The position numbers and the translations under genes are program-made. The notes under the pieces were generated by a model, which saw only the letters and a program-made list of their open reading frames with translations, made no database searches and had not been told where the DNA came from. A DNA stretch of 64,000 nucleotides, taken from positions 3,965 through 67,964 of the forward strand of contig JBFLZB010000003.1 of NCBI GenBank assembly GCA_040756475.1. Reading direction: 5' to 3'. Source of the DNA: Thermodesulfobacteriota bacterium. Its GTDB lineage: Bacteria > Desulfobacterota > Deferrisomatia > Deferrisomatales > JACRMM01. Shown here piece by piece: positions 45,336-53,443 of the stretch (the first letter of the stretch is position 1; each line of letters starts with the position of its first letter).

Positions 45336-46562
45336 CTACTCGTCATCACTCATGTTTTCAAAATGTGCCCGTCCCTTCGCCACCTTGCGGCCGCCGGGAA
45401 CCCCCCGACCGCTCCGGGAGGAATCCGGGCCCTCCGAATCCCCGAAATACGACCCGTAGAACTCCCGCTTGAACTCCCCGAACCGGTCCTGGAGGATCGC
45501 CTCCCGGGCCCGGGCCGTGAGGCTCACGTAGAAGTGGATGTTGTGCACCGAGGCCAGGGTCTTGCCCAGGGGCTCGTCCACCGTGAAGAGGTGATGGAGG
45601 TAGGCCCGGGAGAACCGGGCGCAGGTGGGGCACGCGCAGGCGGTATCGATGGGGTAGCGGTCCTTGCGGTACTCCTTGCGGTGGATGCGCAGCTTGCCCG
45701 TGCTCGTGAAGAGGGTTCCCCCACGGGCGAGCTTGGTGGGGATGATGCAGTCGAAGAGGTCCATGCCGCGCTCGATGGCCTCCAGGATGTCCTCCGGCCG
45801 CCCCACTCCCATCAGATACCGCGGCTTCTGCGGCGGCAGAAACGGCTCGGAGCACTCCACCGCCCGCTTCATGAGCTCGTGGCCTTCTCCCACGCTCACA
45901 CCCCCCACGGCGTAGCCGGGCAGGTCGAGCTCCGCCAGGGCACGGGCGCAGCGCTCGCGCAGGTCGGGAAACACCGAGCCCTGCACGATCCCGAAGAGGG
46001 CCTGCTCGCCGGGCCGGGCATGGGCCGCCACGCAGCGGCGGGCCCAGCGCAGGGTGCGCTCCACCGACTGGGCGGCGTAGGCGTGCTCGGCGGGGTAGGG
46101 AATGCACTCGTCGAAGGCCATGACGATGTCGGCGCCCAGGTCGTTCTGGGCCCGGGTGGCCTCCTCCGGACCGAGAAAGGTGGGGCTGCCGCCCTTCTCG
46201 AAGGCGAAGCGCACCCCCTCTTCGGAAATCACGCGCCCCGGGAGGCTGAAGACCTGGAACCCCCCGGAATCCGTGAGGATCGGGCCGGACCACCCCATGA
46301 AGCCGTGAAGACCGCCGCAGCGCTTCACCACGGCCGTGCCCGGCTGGAGGAAGAGGTGGTAAGTGTTGGCAAGCACGATGCGGGCGCCCGCCTGGCCCAC
46401 GAGCTCGGGGTGGACGGTCTTCAGGGCGGCCTGGGTGCCCACGGGCATGAAGATCGGCGTCTCCACCTCGCCGCGAAGGGTCGAGAGGACCCCGGCGCGC
46501 GCCCGGGTGCGGGCGTCGGCGTGGACCAGGCGAAACGCCACAGGGGAGTTGGTATCGCTCAC
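45336..46562 (-). CDS. tgt: tRNA-guanine transglycosylase (queuine tRNA-ribosyltransferase)
   Basis: ARAGVL.T.RG.VETPIFMPVGTQA..K, LANTYHL, TDSGGFQV and the zinc site C.C..C motifs. Confidence 0.9.
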   Translation of the reverse strand: MSDTNSPVAFRLVHADARTRARAGVLSTLRGEVETPIFMPVGTQAALKTVHPELVGQAGARIVLANTYHLFLQPGTAVVKRCGGLHGFMGWSGPILTDSGGFQVFSLPGRVISEEGVRFAFEKGGSPTFLGPEEATRAQNDLGADIVMAFDECIPYPAEHAYAAQSVERTLRWARRCVAAHARPGEQALFGIVQGSVFPDLRERCARALAELDLPGYAVGGVSVGEGHELMKRAVECSEPFLPPQKPRYLMGVGRPEDILEAIERGMDLFDCIIPTKLARGGTLFTSTGKLRIHRKEYRKDRYPIDTACACPTCARFSRAYLHHLFTVDEPLGKTLASVHNIHFYVSLTARAREAILQDRFGEFKREFYGSYFGDSEGPDSSRSGRGVPGGRKVAKGRAHFENMSDDE

Positions 46563-48169
46563 GGCTCTTCGGGCCTCCCGAGTTTGGCGTAGAGGGTGTT
46601 TCGGTTGATCCCCAGGAGCCGCGCGGCCTGGAGCCGGACCCCCTGGGCCCGGGCCAGGGCCTGCCCCAGGAGCACCCGCTCCACCCGCTCCACCACGGCG
46701 CGGTAGACGCCCTCGGGCGGGGGCGCCTCGAAGAGCTCCCCCGCGAGCCGCGCCACCGCCGATTCCAGATCTCCCGATGCCGCGGGCGCTTGCGCCGCAG
46801 CCGAGGACCCCTCGGCGAAGAAGAGCGGCAGATCTCGAGCGTCGATCGCGGGTCCCCGGGCCAGCACCACCGCCCGCTCCACCGCGTTCTCCAGCTCCCG
46901 CACGTTTCCGGGCCAGTCATACCGCACCAGGAGCTCGGCGGCCTCGGGAGTGAACCCCTCAAAGGATTTCTGGTTCTCCTCGGAAAACCGTTGGAGGAAG
47001 TGGTGGGCCAGGAGCGGCACGTCCTCCCGGCGTTCCCGGAGGGGGGGCAGGTGGATGGGGACCACGTTGAGGCGGTAGTAGAGGTCCTCGCGAAAGCGGC
47101 CCTCCCGCACCTCCCGCGCCAGGTCCCGGTTGGTAGCGGCGATCACCCGCACGTCGATGCGCCGGGTCTCGTGGCCCCCCAGCCGCTCGAGCTCCCGCTC
47201 CTGGAGCACCCGAAGGAGCTTTACCTGGAGCTCCAGCGGGATCTCTCCTATCTCGTCGAGGAAGATCGTACCCCCGTCGGCGAGCTCGAAGCGCCCGGTC
47301 TTGCGCGCCACCGCCCCGGTAAACGCGCCCCGCTCGTGCCCGAAGAGCTCGCTCTCCAGGAGCGTCGCAGGAAGGCTCGCGCACGAGAGCCGCACGAAGG
47401 GCTTCTGGGCCCGATCGGAGTTGAAGTGGATGGCCTTGGCCACGAGCTCCTTGCCCGTGCCGCTCTCCCCCGTGAGCAGCACGGTGGCACGGCTCTTGGC
47501 CACCAGGTGCACCTGCTCGTACACCGCAAGCATGAGCGGGCTCGTGCCCACCATGTTGTCCAGGCGGTAGGCCCCGTCCAGGGCCCGGCGCAGGCGCCGG
47601 TTCTCGTCGGCGAGCTCCGCCTTCTCCCGGCGCACCATCTGCTGGACCCGCACCGCCTGGGCCACCACTCCCGCAACGATGGACAGGAGCCGCAGGTCTT
47701 CTTCCAGATCCGCCTCTCCGGCCGAGAGGCGGTCTGCGCTCAACACCCCCACTGTGCGGTTGCCGACCTTGACCGGCACGCACAGAAAGGCCACCCGGGA
47801 GCGATCGAGGTCCGCCCGGGCCCCGGTGCGGTCGAGAAAGAGGGGCTCGGCGCCGATGCTCGGGACCAGCAGGGGTTCGCCGGTCTCGAGCACCCGCCCC
47901 ATGACGCCTTCTCCCACCCGGTATCGCCCCCGCTGCTTCTCCGCCTGGGTCAAGCCGTGGGCCGCCTCGATGGCCAGCTCACCGCTCTCCGGGTCCACCA
48001 GCGCCAGGGTCCCCCGCTGCATGCCCAGCTCCTCCGCCAGGATCGAGAGCGTGGCTTCCACCACCTGGCGCAGGTCCAGGGACGCGGACACGGCCTGGCT
48101 CACCCGGTACAGGGCCCGAAGCTCGCGAAACGCCTTGGCTCTCTTGGACATGGGCTCCCGAACGGGCAC
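46559..48169 (-). CDS. sigma-54-dependent Fis-family transcriptional activator with N-terminal GAF domain
   Basis: GAF-like N-terminus, AAA+ core GESGTGKE...GAFTGA...GGTIFLDEIG...ATNRDL, and a C-terminal Fis HTH (AARLLGINRNTLYAKL). GTG start at 48169; an alternative ATG at 48151 has GGGAG 3 nt upstream. Confidence 0.85.
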   Translation of the reverse strand: MPVREPMSKRAKAFRELRALYRVSQAVSASLDLRQVVEATLSILAEELGMQRGTLALVDPESGELAIEAAHGLTQAEKQRGRYRVGEGVMGRVLETGEPLLVPSIGAEPLFLDRTGARADLDRSRVAFLCVPVKVGNRTVGVLSADRLSAGEADLEEDLRLLSIVAGVVAQAVRVQQMVRREKAELADENRRLRRALDGAYRLDNMVGTSPLMLAVYEQVHLVAKSRATVLLTGESGTGKELVAKAIHFNSDRAQKPFVRLSCASLPATLLESELFGHERGAFTGAVARKTGRFELADGGTIFLDEIGEIPLELQVKLLRVLQERELERLGGHETRRIDVRVIAATNRDLAREVREGRFREDLYYRLNVVPIHLPPLRERREDVPLLAHHFLQRFSEENQKSFEGFTPEAAELLVRYDWPGNVRELENAVERAVVLARGPAIDARDLPLFFAEGSSAAAQAPAASGDLESAVARLAGELFEAPPPEGVYRAVVERVERVLLGQALARAQGVRLQAARLLGINRNTLYAKLGRPEEP

Positions 48170-48189
48170 ACAGGGGGCGGGACGGCGCG

Positions 48190-48219
48190 ATTATACGGAG
48201 CCCGCGCAAAAGCGGTCAA
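48190..48219 (-). promoter_or_regulatory. candidate sigma-70 promoter (TTGACC-N18-TATAAT) for the sigma-54 activator gene
   Basis: The minus strand reads cgTTGACCgcttttgcgcgggctccgTATAATcg, with a perfect -10. It lies in the 84-nt gap between the response-regulator stop and the activator start. Confidence 0.45.
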
Positions 48220-48253
48220 CGCGACCTGGCCGCCCAGAATCCCGTACCCGCCC

Positions 48254-48826
48254 TCACACCCTGCGGACTCGGGGTGAGGAAGAGATGGCGACGAGCACCT
48301 CTTCCAGCCTGCGGTGCAGCGCCGCGCCGTCGGTGCCCTTGTTCAGGTAGAACGCCGGGGCCAGCTCGTCGAGCAGGGGGCGCAACGTGGGATCGAGGCG
48401 CCGGCCCGACAGGAAGAGCACTCCAGCGGGCGCAGCCCCGAAGCCCCTCTCCACGGCCCGCAGGGCCACGGCGGCGTGCAGACCGTTGAGACGGGGCATG
48501 AGGAGGTCCAAGATCGCCAAGGAGACGGGGCGCTTCTCGCACAGGGCGGCGGTGGCCTTCTCCACCGCCTCGGCACCGTCCCGGGCGGCAACGACCTCGC
48601 CCGCCAAGCGCCGGGAGCGCAGGGTCTCTTCCAGTGCCTTGAGAAAGAACGCGGAGTCGTCGGCCACCAGGACCCGGCGAAACCGCACCAGTCCCTCCCG
48701 GCCCGCGGACTTGGCCAGGGGCATCCCGCACTGGACGCAGCGAACCTCCCGGGTGCCGCTCTCCAGGTCCACGTCATAGGTCTCGACGCTCTCGCCACAC
48801 GCCGCGCAGGCCGCTCGCTCACCCAT
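48254..48826 (-). CDS. single-domain response regulator (REC) with N-terminal CxxC...CxxC zinc ribbon
   Basis: MGERAACAACGESV...VRCVQCG, then RRVLVADDSAFFLKAL...LAILDLLMPRLNG (phospho-acceptor Asp region)...K. The ATG overlaps the polA stop (ATGA). Confidence 0.75.
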   Translation of the reverse strand: MGERAACAACGESVETYDVDLESGTREVRCVQCGMPLAKSAGREGLVRFRRVLVADDSAFFLKALEETLRSRRLAGEVVAARDGAEAVEKATAALCEKRPVSLAILDLLMPRLNGLHAAVALRAVERGFGAAPAGVLFLSGRRLDPTLRPLLDELAPAFYLNKGTDGAALHRRLEEVLVAISSSPRVRRV

Positions 48827-51414
48827 CAGTGCGCCTCGTACCAGTTGCGCCCGGCGCCTGCCTCCACCACCAGCGGCACCCGCAGCGATCGCGCCCCCTC
48901 CATGGCCTCCACCACCCGGGTGCGGACGGCATCCACCTGGGGGGCCGCCACCTCGAAGACGAGCTCGTCGTGCACCTGCAAGATCAAGCGGGCATCGAGG
49001 CCCGCCTGCCCCAGTGCCCGGCTCGCCCCCACCATGGCCGTCTTGATCAGGTCCGCCGCGGTCCCCTGGAGGGGGGTATTGATCGCCATCCGCTCCCCGA
49101 ACTCCCGCTGCGCGCGGTTTCGGGACGTGAGCTCGGGGATGGGGCGGCGCCGGCCGAAGAGCGTCTCGGCGTACCCCCGGGACCGTGCCCCCTCCACGAG
49201 CTCCGCGAGAAACGCCTGCACGGACGGGAACTGTCGGAAGTAGGCCTGGATCATCTTCCGGGCGGCCTCCCGGGTAATGCCGAGCTGACGGGCCAGGCCA
49301 AACGGGCTCATGCCGTAGAGGATGCCGAAGTTCACGGTCTTGGCTTCCCGGCGCATCCGGGCGTCCACCGCCGCGAGCGGCACGCTGAAGATCCGGCTCG
49401 CGGTCTCCGCGTGGACGTCGCGGCCTGCCCGGAAGACCTCGACCAGGGCCGGATCGCCGCTCAGGTGGGCCAAGATGCGAAGCTCCACCTGGGAGTAATC
49501 GGCCGAGAGGAGCCGGCAACCCTCCGCCGCCACGAAGGCCTCCCTGATGCGGCGCCCCTCTTCGCCCCGTACGGGGATGTTCTGGAGATTGGGGGTGCTC
49601 GAGCTCAGGCGCCCGGTGGCGGCCACCGTCTGGTGGAACCGGGCATGGATGCGGCCCGTGGCCGGATCGACGAGACCGGGCAGCACGTCGATGAAGGAGT
49701 TCTTGAGCTTCGAGAGGCTGCGGTGCTCCAGCACCACCCGGGGCAGGGGGTGGTCCAGGGCGAGCTCCTCCAGGACCGAGGCGTCGGTGGAGTAGCCCGT
49801 GGCGGTCTTCTTGCCCACCGGGAGCTTGAGCTTCTCGAAGAGGATCTCCCCGAGCTGGCGGGGGCTCTGGGGGTTGAACTCCTCGCCGGCCAGGGCGAAG
49901 AGCTTGCGCTCCAGCTCGGCGAGCCGCCCGGCGTACTCTCTACTGAGCTGCGCCAACGCCCTCGAGTCCACCCGTACACCGCGGGTCTCCATGCCCGCCA
50001 GCACGGGGATCAGGGGATTTTCGATCTCCCGATAGAGCGCTAGGAGCCCCGCCTCGGCAAGCTCCGCCTCCAGCCGCACAGCCAGCGCAAGGACCGTGGC
50101 CGCCCTGCCCGGGGTCCGCTCGGCGGGTTCGGGGGACGGACCCGCCCCTTCCCCAGCCAGGCCCCGCTCCCGGGCCAGGTCTTCCAGGGGGTAGGCCCGC
50201 CGGCCGGGAGAGAGCAGGTACGCCGCCACCTCCGTGTCGAGCCGGATCCCCTCGAGCGCCTCCCCCGCCCGCCCAAGCGCGACACAGGCCGCCTGGAGCC
50301 CGTGGCCCACTACCGGCACGGCCGGATCGGCGACCAGTCTCCCCCAGGGCTCCGGCAGCCCCCCGGGGCCCGGGGCCGGCACGGCCGCCTTCTCGGCTCC
50401 CCAGGCCAGCCCCCAGGGCTCGCCCGCCCCACCCGGGACCACCGCGACCCAGGCAACGGGTCGCCCGTGCCCCGGCCCTCCGGTCGCCGGCGTCGGTCCC
50501 ACCGCGTTCCCCTCTGGGGGCGGCCGAGGGGGCTGCTCCGCAGCCACCTCTCCAGGGGAACTTTCCCCCTCCAGGCCCAGGTCGCGCAGGAAGCGGTGGA
50601 ACTCCAGTTCCCGCAGGAGCGCCGCGAGACGCGGGCGGTCCTGGGACCCGGGGCGCAGACCCTCCGGTTGGACCTCCAGGGGCACCGCGGTGTCGATGGT
50701 CACCAGGGGCCGGTTCTCGAGGGCGCGCTGCCCGTGCTCCCGCAGGGCCTCGCCTCGCTTGCCCCGGATTTCCGACGCCCGTGCCACGATCTCCTCGAGG
50801 CTTCCGTACTCCTCGAGGAGCTTCGCGGCGGTCTTGGGCCCGATGCCGGGTACACCCGGGATGTTGTCCACCGCGTCCCCCGTGAGGGCCAGCACGTCCA
50901 CCACCCGGTCGGGACCCACCCCAAACTTCTCCGCCACCTCCCCGGGACCGGTCACCTTGTCGCGCATGGTATCCAGCAGCCGGATGCGGGGCCCCACGAG
51001 CTGGCAGAAGTCCTTGTCCCCCGTGACCAGCGTCACCTCCTTCCCGGCATCGGCCAGGCGGCGGGCCAGGGTGCCGAGCACGTCGTCGGCCTCCACTCCC
51101 GGCACGGTGAGCACCGGTATGCCCAGGGCGGCCAGGGCCCTGTGGACGTAGGGGATCTGGATCAGCAGGTCGTCCGGGGTCGCCTCGCGATTGGCCTTGT
51201 ACTCGGGGAACAGGGCGTGGCGCGCCGTGGGCCCAGGGGGGTCGAAGACCACGGCGAACCCCTCGGGCGCCTGCTCGCGCAATACCCGAAAGACCATGGA
51301 GAGGAAGCCGAAGACCACGTGGGTGGGGAGCCCCCCCGCGGTGCGAAACCCTTGAAGGGCGTGGTAGGCGCGGTAGAGGAGGTTGGTGCCGTCGATCAGG
51401 TAGTACCCCCCCAC
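48826..51414 (-). CDS. polA: DNA polymerase I
   Basis: YLIDGTNLLYRAYHA 5'-nuclease N-terminus, C-terminal RRxAKxxNFGxxYG and QVHDELVFE polymerase motifs. Proposed GTG start at 51414 (Val94 of the track ORF), 5 nt after the upstream gene's stop. Confidence 0.9.
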   Translation of the reverse strand: MGGYYLIDGTNLLYRAYHALQGFRTAGGLPTHVVFGFLSMVFRVLREQAPEGFAVVFDPPGPTARHALFPEYKANREATPDDLLIQIPYVHRALAALGIPVLTVPGVEADDVLGTLARRLADAGKEVTLVTGDKDFCQLVGPRIRLLDTMRDKVTGPGEVAEKFGVGPDRVVDVLALTGDAVDNIPGVPGIGPKTAAKLLEEYGSLEEIVARASEIRGKRGEALREHGQRALENRPLVTIDTAVPLEVQPEGLRPGSQDRPRLAALLRELEFHRFLRDLGLEGESSPGEVAAEQPPRPPPEGNAVGPTPATGGPGHGRPVAWVAVVPGGAGEPWGLAWGAEKAAVPAPGPGGLPEPWGRLVADPAVPVVGHGLQAACVALGRAGEALEGIRLDTEVAAYLLSPGRRAYPLEDLARERGLAGEGAGPSPEPAERTPGRAATVLALAVRLEAELAEAGLLALYREIENPLIPVLAGMETRGVRVDSRALAQLSREYAGRLAELERKLFALAGEEFNPQSPRQLGEILFEKLKLPVGKKTATGYSTDASVLEELALDHPLPRVVLEHRSLSKLKNSFIDVLPGLVDPATGRIHARFHQTVAATGRLSSSTPNLQNIPVRGEEGRRIREAFVAAEGCRLLSADYSQVELRILAHLSGDPALVEVFRAGRDVHAETASRIFSVPLAAVDARMRREAKTVNFGILYGMSPFGLARQLGITREAARKMIQAYFRQFPSVQAFLAELVEGARSRGYAETLFGRRRPIPELTSRNRAQREFGERMAINTPLQGTAADLIKTAMVGASRALGQAGLDARLILQVHDELVFEVAAPQVDAVRTRVVEAMEGARSLRVPLVVEAGAGRNWYEAH

Positions 51415-51418
51415 GGGC

Positions 51419-51826
51419 TCACTCCACTCGGCAGACGGCCGTGAGGAGCAGAGCCCCGGCCGCGTCGCGCACCTCCACCGTCCAGTCCCCCCGGTGCTCC
51501 GGCAGGACGGTCTTGGTGCTCCAGGTCCGCCACGTGGGACCCTGCACCGCCAGGGGAATCGAAGCCACCTCGCGGCCGTCGTAGATCCAGACGTGGCGCA
51601 CCTCGGAGGCCCCCTGGACCCCCGCCACCTGGGTAAAAAAGGCCAGCGTTCCCACGTCGGCCGGAAAGACCTGGGCTTCCCCCACGGGCTCACGCGCCTC
51701 GATCCCCCGGGCGAAGGCGTGGCGGACCACCGAAATCTCCGCCCGCGCCGCTGCCGGGGCGAGCAGGCAGCCTAGAAGGAGGACGGCCGAGAGGAGCCCT
51801 CGGGCGGGACCACGTCTGCTCTTCAT
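51419..51826 (-). CDS. secreted small protein, DUF2914-like
   Basis: Signal peptide MKSRRGPARGLLSAVLLLGCLLAPAAARA, then ...VRHVWIYDGREV....L.V.GPTWRTWSTK.....RGDWTVEV.DA.G.LL. The family assignment is from memory of the pattern. Confidence 0.6.
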   Translation of the reverse strand: MKSRRGPARGLLSAVLLLGCLLAPAAARAEISVVRHAFARGIEAREPVGEAQVFPADVGTLAFFTQVAGVQGASEVRHVWIYDGREVASIPLAVQGPTWRTWSTKTVLPEHRGDWTVEVRDAAGALLLTAVCRVE

Positions 51827-51870
51827 TGGGTTCCTCCTCCGCGGGCGGCGGCGGGCCGCCGGGGTTTGGT

Positions 51871-51960
51871 TCGATCCGTATCGGGATCGGGATCGGGATC
51901 CGTTTGGGTTCTGGATCGATACCGATACCGATAGCGATAGCGATCCCGATTCTAATCGGG
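51871..51960. repeat. hexamer-phased tandem array (15 units: TCGATC CGTATC GGGATC x3 ... ATACCG x2 ATAGCG x2 ATCCCG ...), GATC-rich
   Basis: Read directly. Six GATC sites within about 75 nt. The array occupies most of the 142-nt gap between hemB and the DUF2914-like gene. Confidence 0.9.
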
Positions 51961-51968
51961 GACCCGGG

Positions 51969-52943
51969 TCACCCCTGCAGGACCCTGGCGGCCTCGGGGG
52001 CGAAGTAGGTGAGGATCATGTCCGCACCCGCCCGTTTGATGGAGAGCAGGCTCTCCATCATGAGCCCCTTGCCGTCACCCCAGCCCAAGCGCTCCATGGC
52101 CTTCACCATGGCGTACTCCCCGCTCACGTTGTAGGCGGCGGTGGGCATGGCAAACGTGTCCTTGACCCGGCGGATGACGTCCAGGTACGGGAGCGCGGGT
52201 TTCACCATCACGATGTCGGCCCCCTCCGCCACGTCGAGCTCCACCTCTCGGATGGCCTCGTCGCCGTTGGCGGGGTCCATCTGGTAGGAGCGCCGGTCGC
52301 CGAACTGGGGCGGCGACTCGGCGGCGTCCCGGAAGGGCCCGTAAAAGGTGCTCGCAAACTTGGCCGCGTAGGCCATGATGGGGATCTGTCCGAAGCCCTC
52401 GGCATCGAGCGCGGCCCGCAGTGCCCCCACCCGGCCGTCCATCATGTCGGAGGGGGCGACCAGGTCGGCCCCCGCCCGGGCGTGGGAGACCGCTTCCCGG
52501 GCCAGGAGCTCCAGGGTGGGGTCGTTGGCCACGTCGCCCCCCTCGATGACCCCGCAGTGGCCGTGGTCGGTGTACTCGCACAGGCACACATCGGTCATGA
52601 CGCAGAGCTCGGGCAGGGCGTCCTTGAGCGCGCGCACCGCCCGCTGCACGATCCCGTCGTCGGCCCAGGCGCCCGACCCCACGGCGTCCTTGTGGTCGGG
52701 AATGCCAAACAGGATCACCGAGGGCACCCCCAGCCCCCAGGCGGCCCGGGCCTCCCGTACCGCCTCGTCCACCGAGAGCTGGAACTGCCCCGGCATGCTC
52801 CCGATGGGATTGCGGATGCCCGTGCCCTCCCGGACGAAGAGCGGGTAGATGAAGTCCGAAGGCGAGAGCGCCGTCTCCCGCACCATGCGGCGCAGGGTCT
52901 CGTTCTTGCGCAAGCGGCGCATGCGAAGGGTGGGGAACGTCAT
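51969..52943 (-). CDS. hemB: porphobilinogen synthase (5-aminolevulinate dehydratase)
   Basis: [19 protein letters not shown]...DFIYPLFV N-terminus, [14 protein letters not shown] metal site and active-site Lys regions ([10 protein letters not shown]). Start at Met32 of the track ORF. Confidence 0.9.
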   Translation of the reverse strand: MTFPTLRMRRLRKNETLRRMVRETALSPSDFIYPLFVREGTGIRNPIGSMPGQFQLSVDEAVREARAAWGLGVPSVILFGIPDHKDAVGSGAWADDGIVQRAVRALKDALPELCVMTDVCLCEYTDHGHCGVIEGGDVANDPTLELLAREAVSHARAGADLVAPSDMMDGRVGALRAALDAEGFGQIPIMAYAAKFASTFYGPFRDAAESPPQFGDRRSYQMDPANGDEAIREVELDVAEGADIVMVKPALPYLDVIRRVKDTFAMPTAAYNVSGEYAMVKAMERLGWGDGKGLMMESLLSIKRAGADMILTYFAPEAARVLQG

Positions 52944-53015
52944 GGGAACCTCGTGGGAACCTCGTGGGTTGGGGGTTGCAGGTTGCGCGTTGGGGGTCGC
53001 GGGTTGTGGGTTGGG
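52944..53015. repeat. 2 x 11-mer (GGGAACCTCGT) abutting the hemB start, followed by 7 heptamers (GGTTGGG GGTTGCA GGTTGCG CGTTGGG GGTCGCG GGTTGTG GGTTGGG)
   Basis: Read directly. On the minus strand each 11-mer reads ACGAGGTTCCC, so the hemB SD-like GAGG is duplicated. Confidence 0.9.
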
Positions 53016-53023
53016 CCTGCGTG

Positions 53024-53058
53024 CCCACTCCGTCACTCGTCAGCACTCACTTTTCACT
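53024..53058. repeat. degenerate heptamer array (CCCACTC CGTCACT CGTCAGC ACTCACT TTTCACT)
   Basis: Read directly. Lies between the fixX stop (53110) and the hemB upstream repeats. Confidence 0.75.
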
Positions 53059-53109
53059 TCTCCCGCAGACTTTCTCCAACATGCAACGCGCCACACACAA
53101 CGTGCCCAT

Positions 53110-53433
53110 CTATCCATAGCGATAACAAATCCCCATCCCCCCCATGGGATAGCGCCAGGTGATGTTGGCGTGGGGGCAGACCAGGCGGCAGGTGCCGCAC
53201 TCCAGGCAGTTCTCGAAGCGGATCGTGAGGCGCCCCTCCTCGTCGCTCCAGCGGTAGGTCTCGGCGGGGCAGGTGCGCACGCACTCCTTGCCCGCGCACC
53301 CTGGGCAGCGGGAGGGATCGGAGACGCCCAGGTGGGAGACCGCGTCGGGCCGGGTCTCGTCCGCGTAGAGGCGCTCTTCCACGGTCAGGGGCTTGCCCGA
53401 CCCCCGGATGCCCCCCGGTTCCCCTCTCGTCAC
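53110..53433 (-). CDS. fixX: ferredoxin-like protein FixX
   Basis: ...CAGKECVRTCPAETYRW...RFENCLECGTCRLVCP...ITWRYPMGGMGICYRYG is the typical FixX 4Fe-4S ferredoxin-like C-terminus. The GTG start at 53433 is my best guess; there is no in-frame ATG. Confidence 0.75.
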   Translation of the reverse strand: MTRGEPGGIRGSGKPLTVEERLYADETRPDAVSHLGVSDPSRCPGCAGKECVRTCPAETYRWSDEEGRLTIRFENCLECGTCRLVCPHANITWRYPMGGMGICYRYG

Positions 53434-53443
53434 GTGCCGCTCC

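Noticed and set aside
351-53058. Short tandem repeat arrays considered as possible CRISPR arrays.
   Set aside because: The units are 6-11 nt and directly abut one another with no spacers. No cas genes are present.
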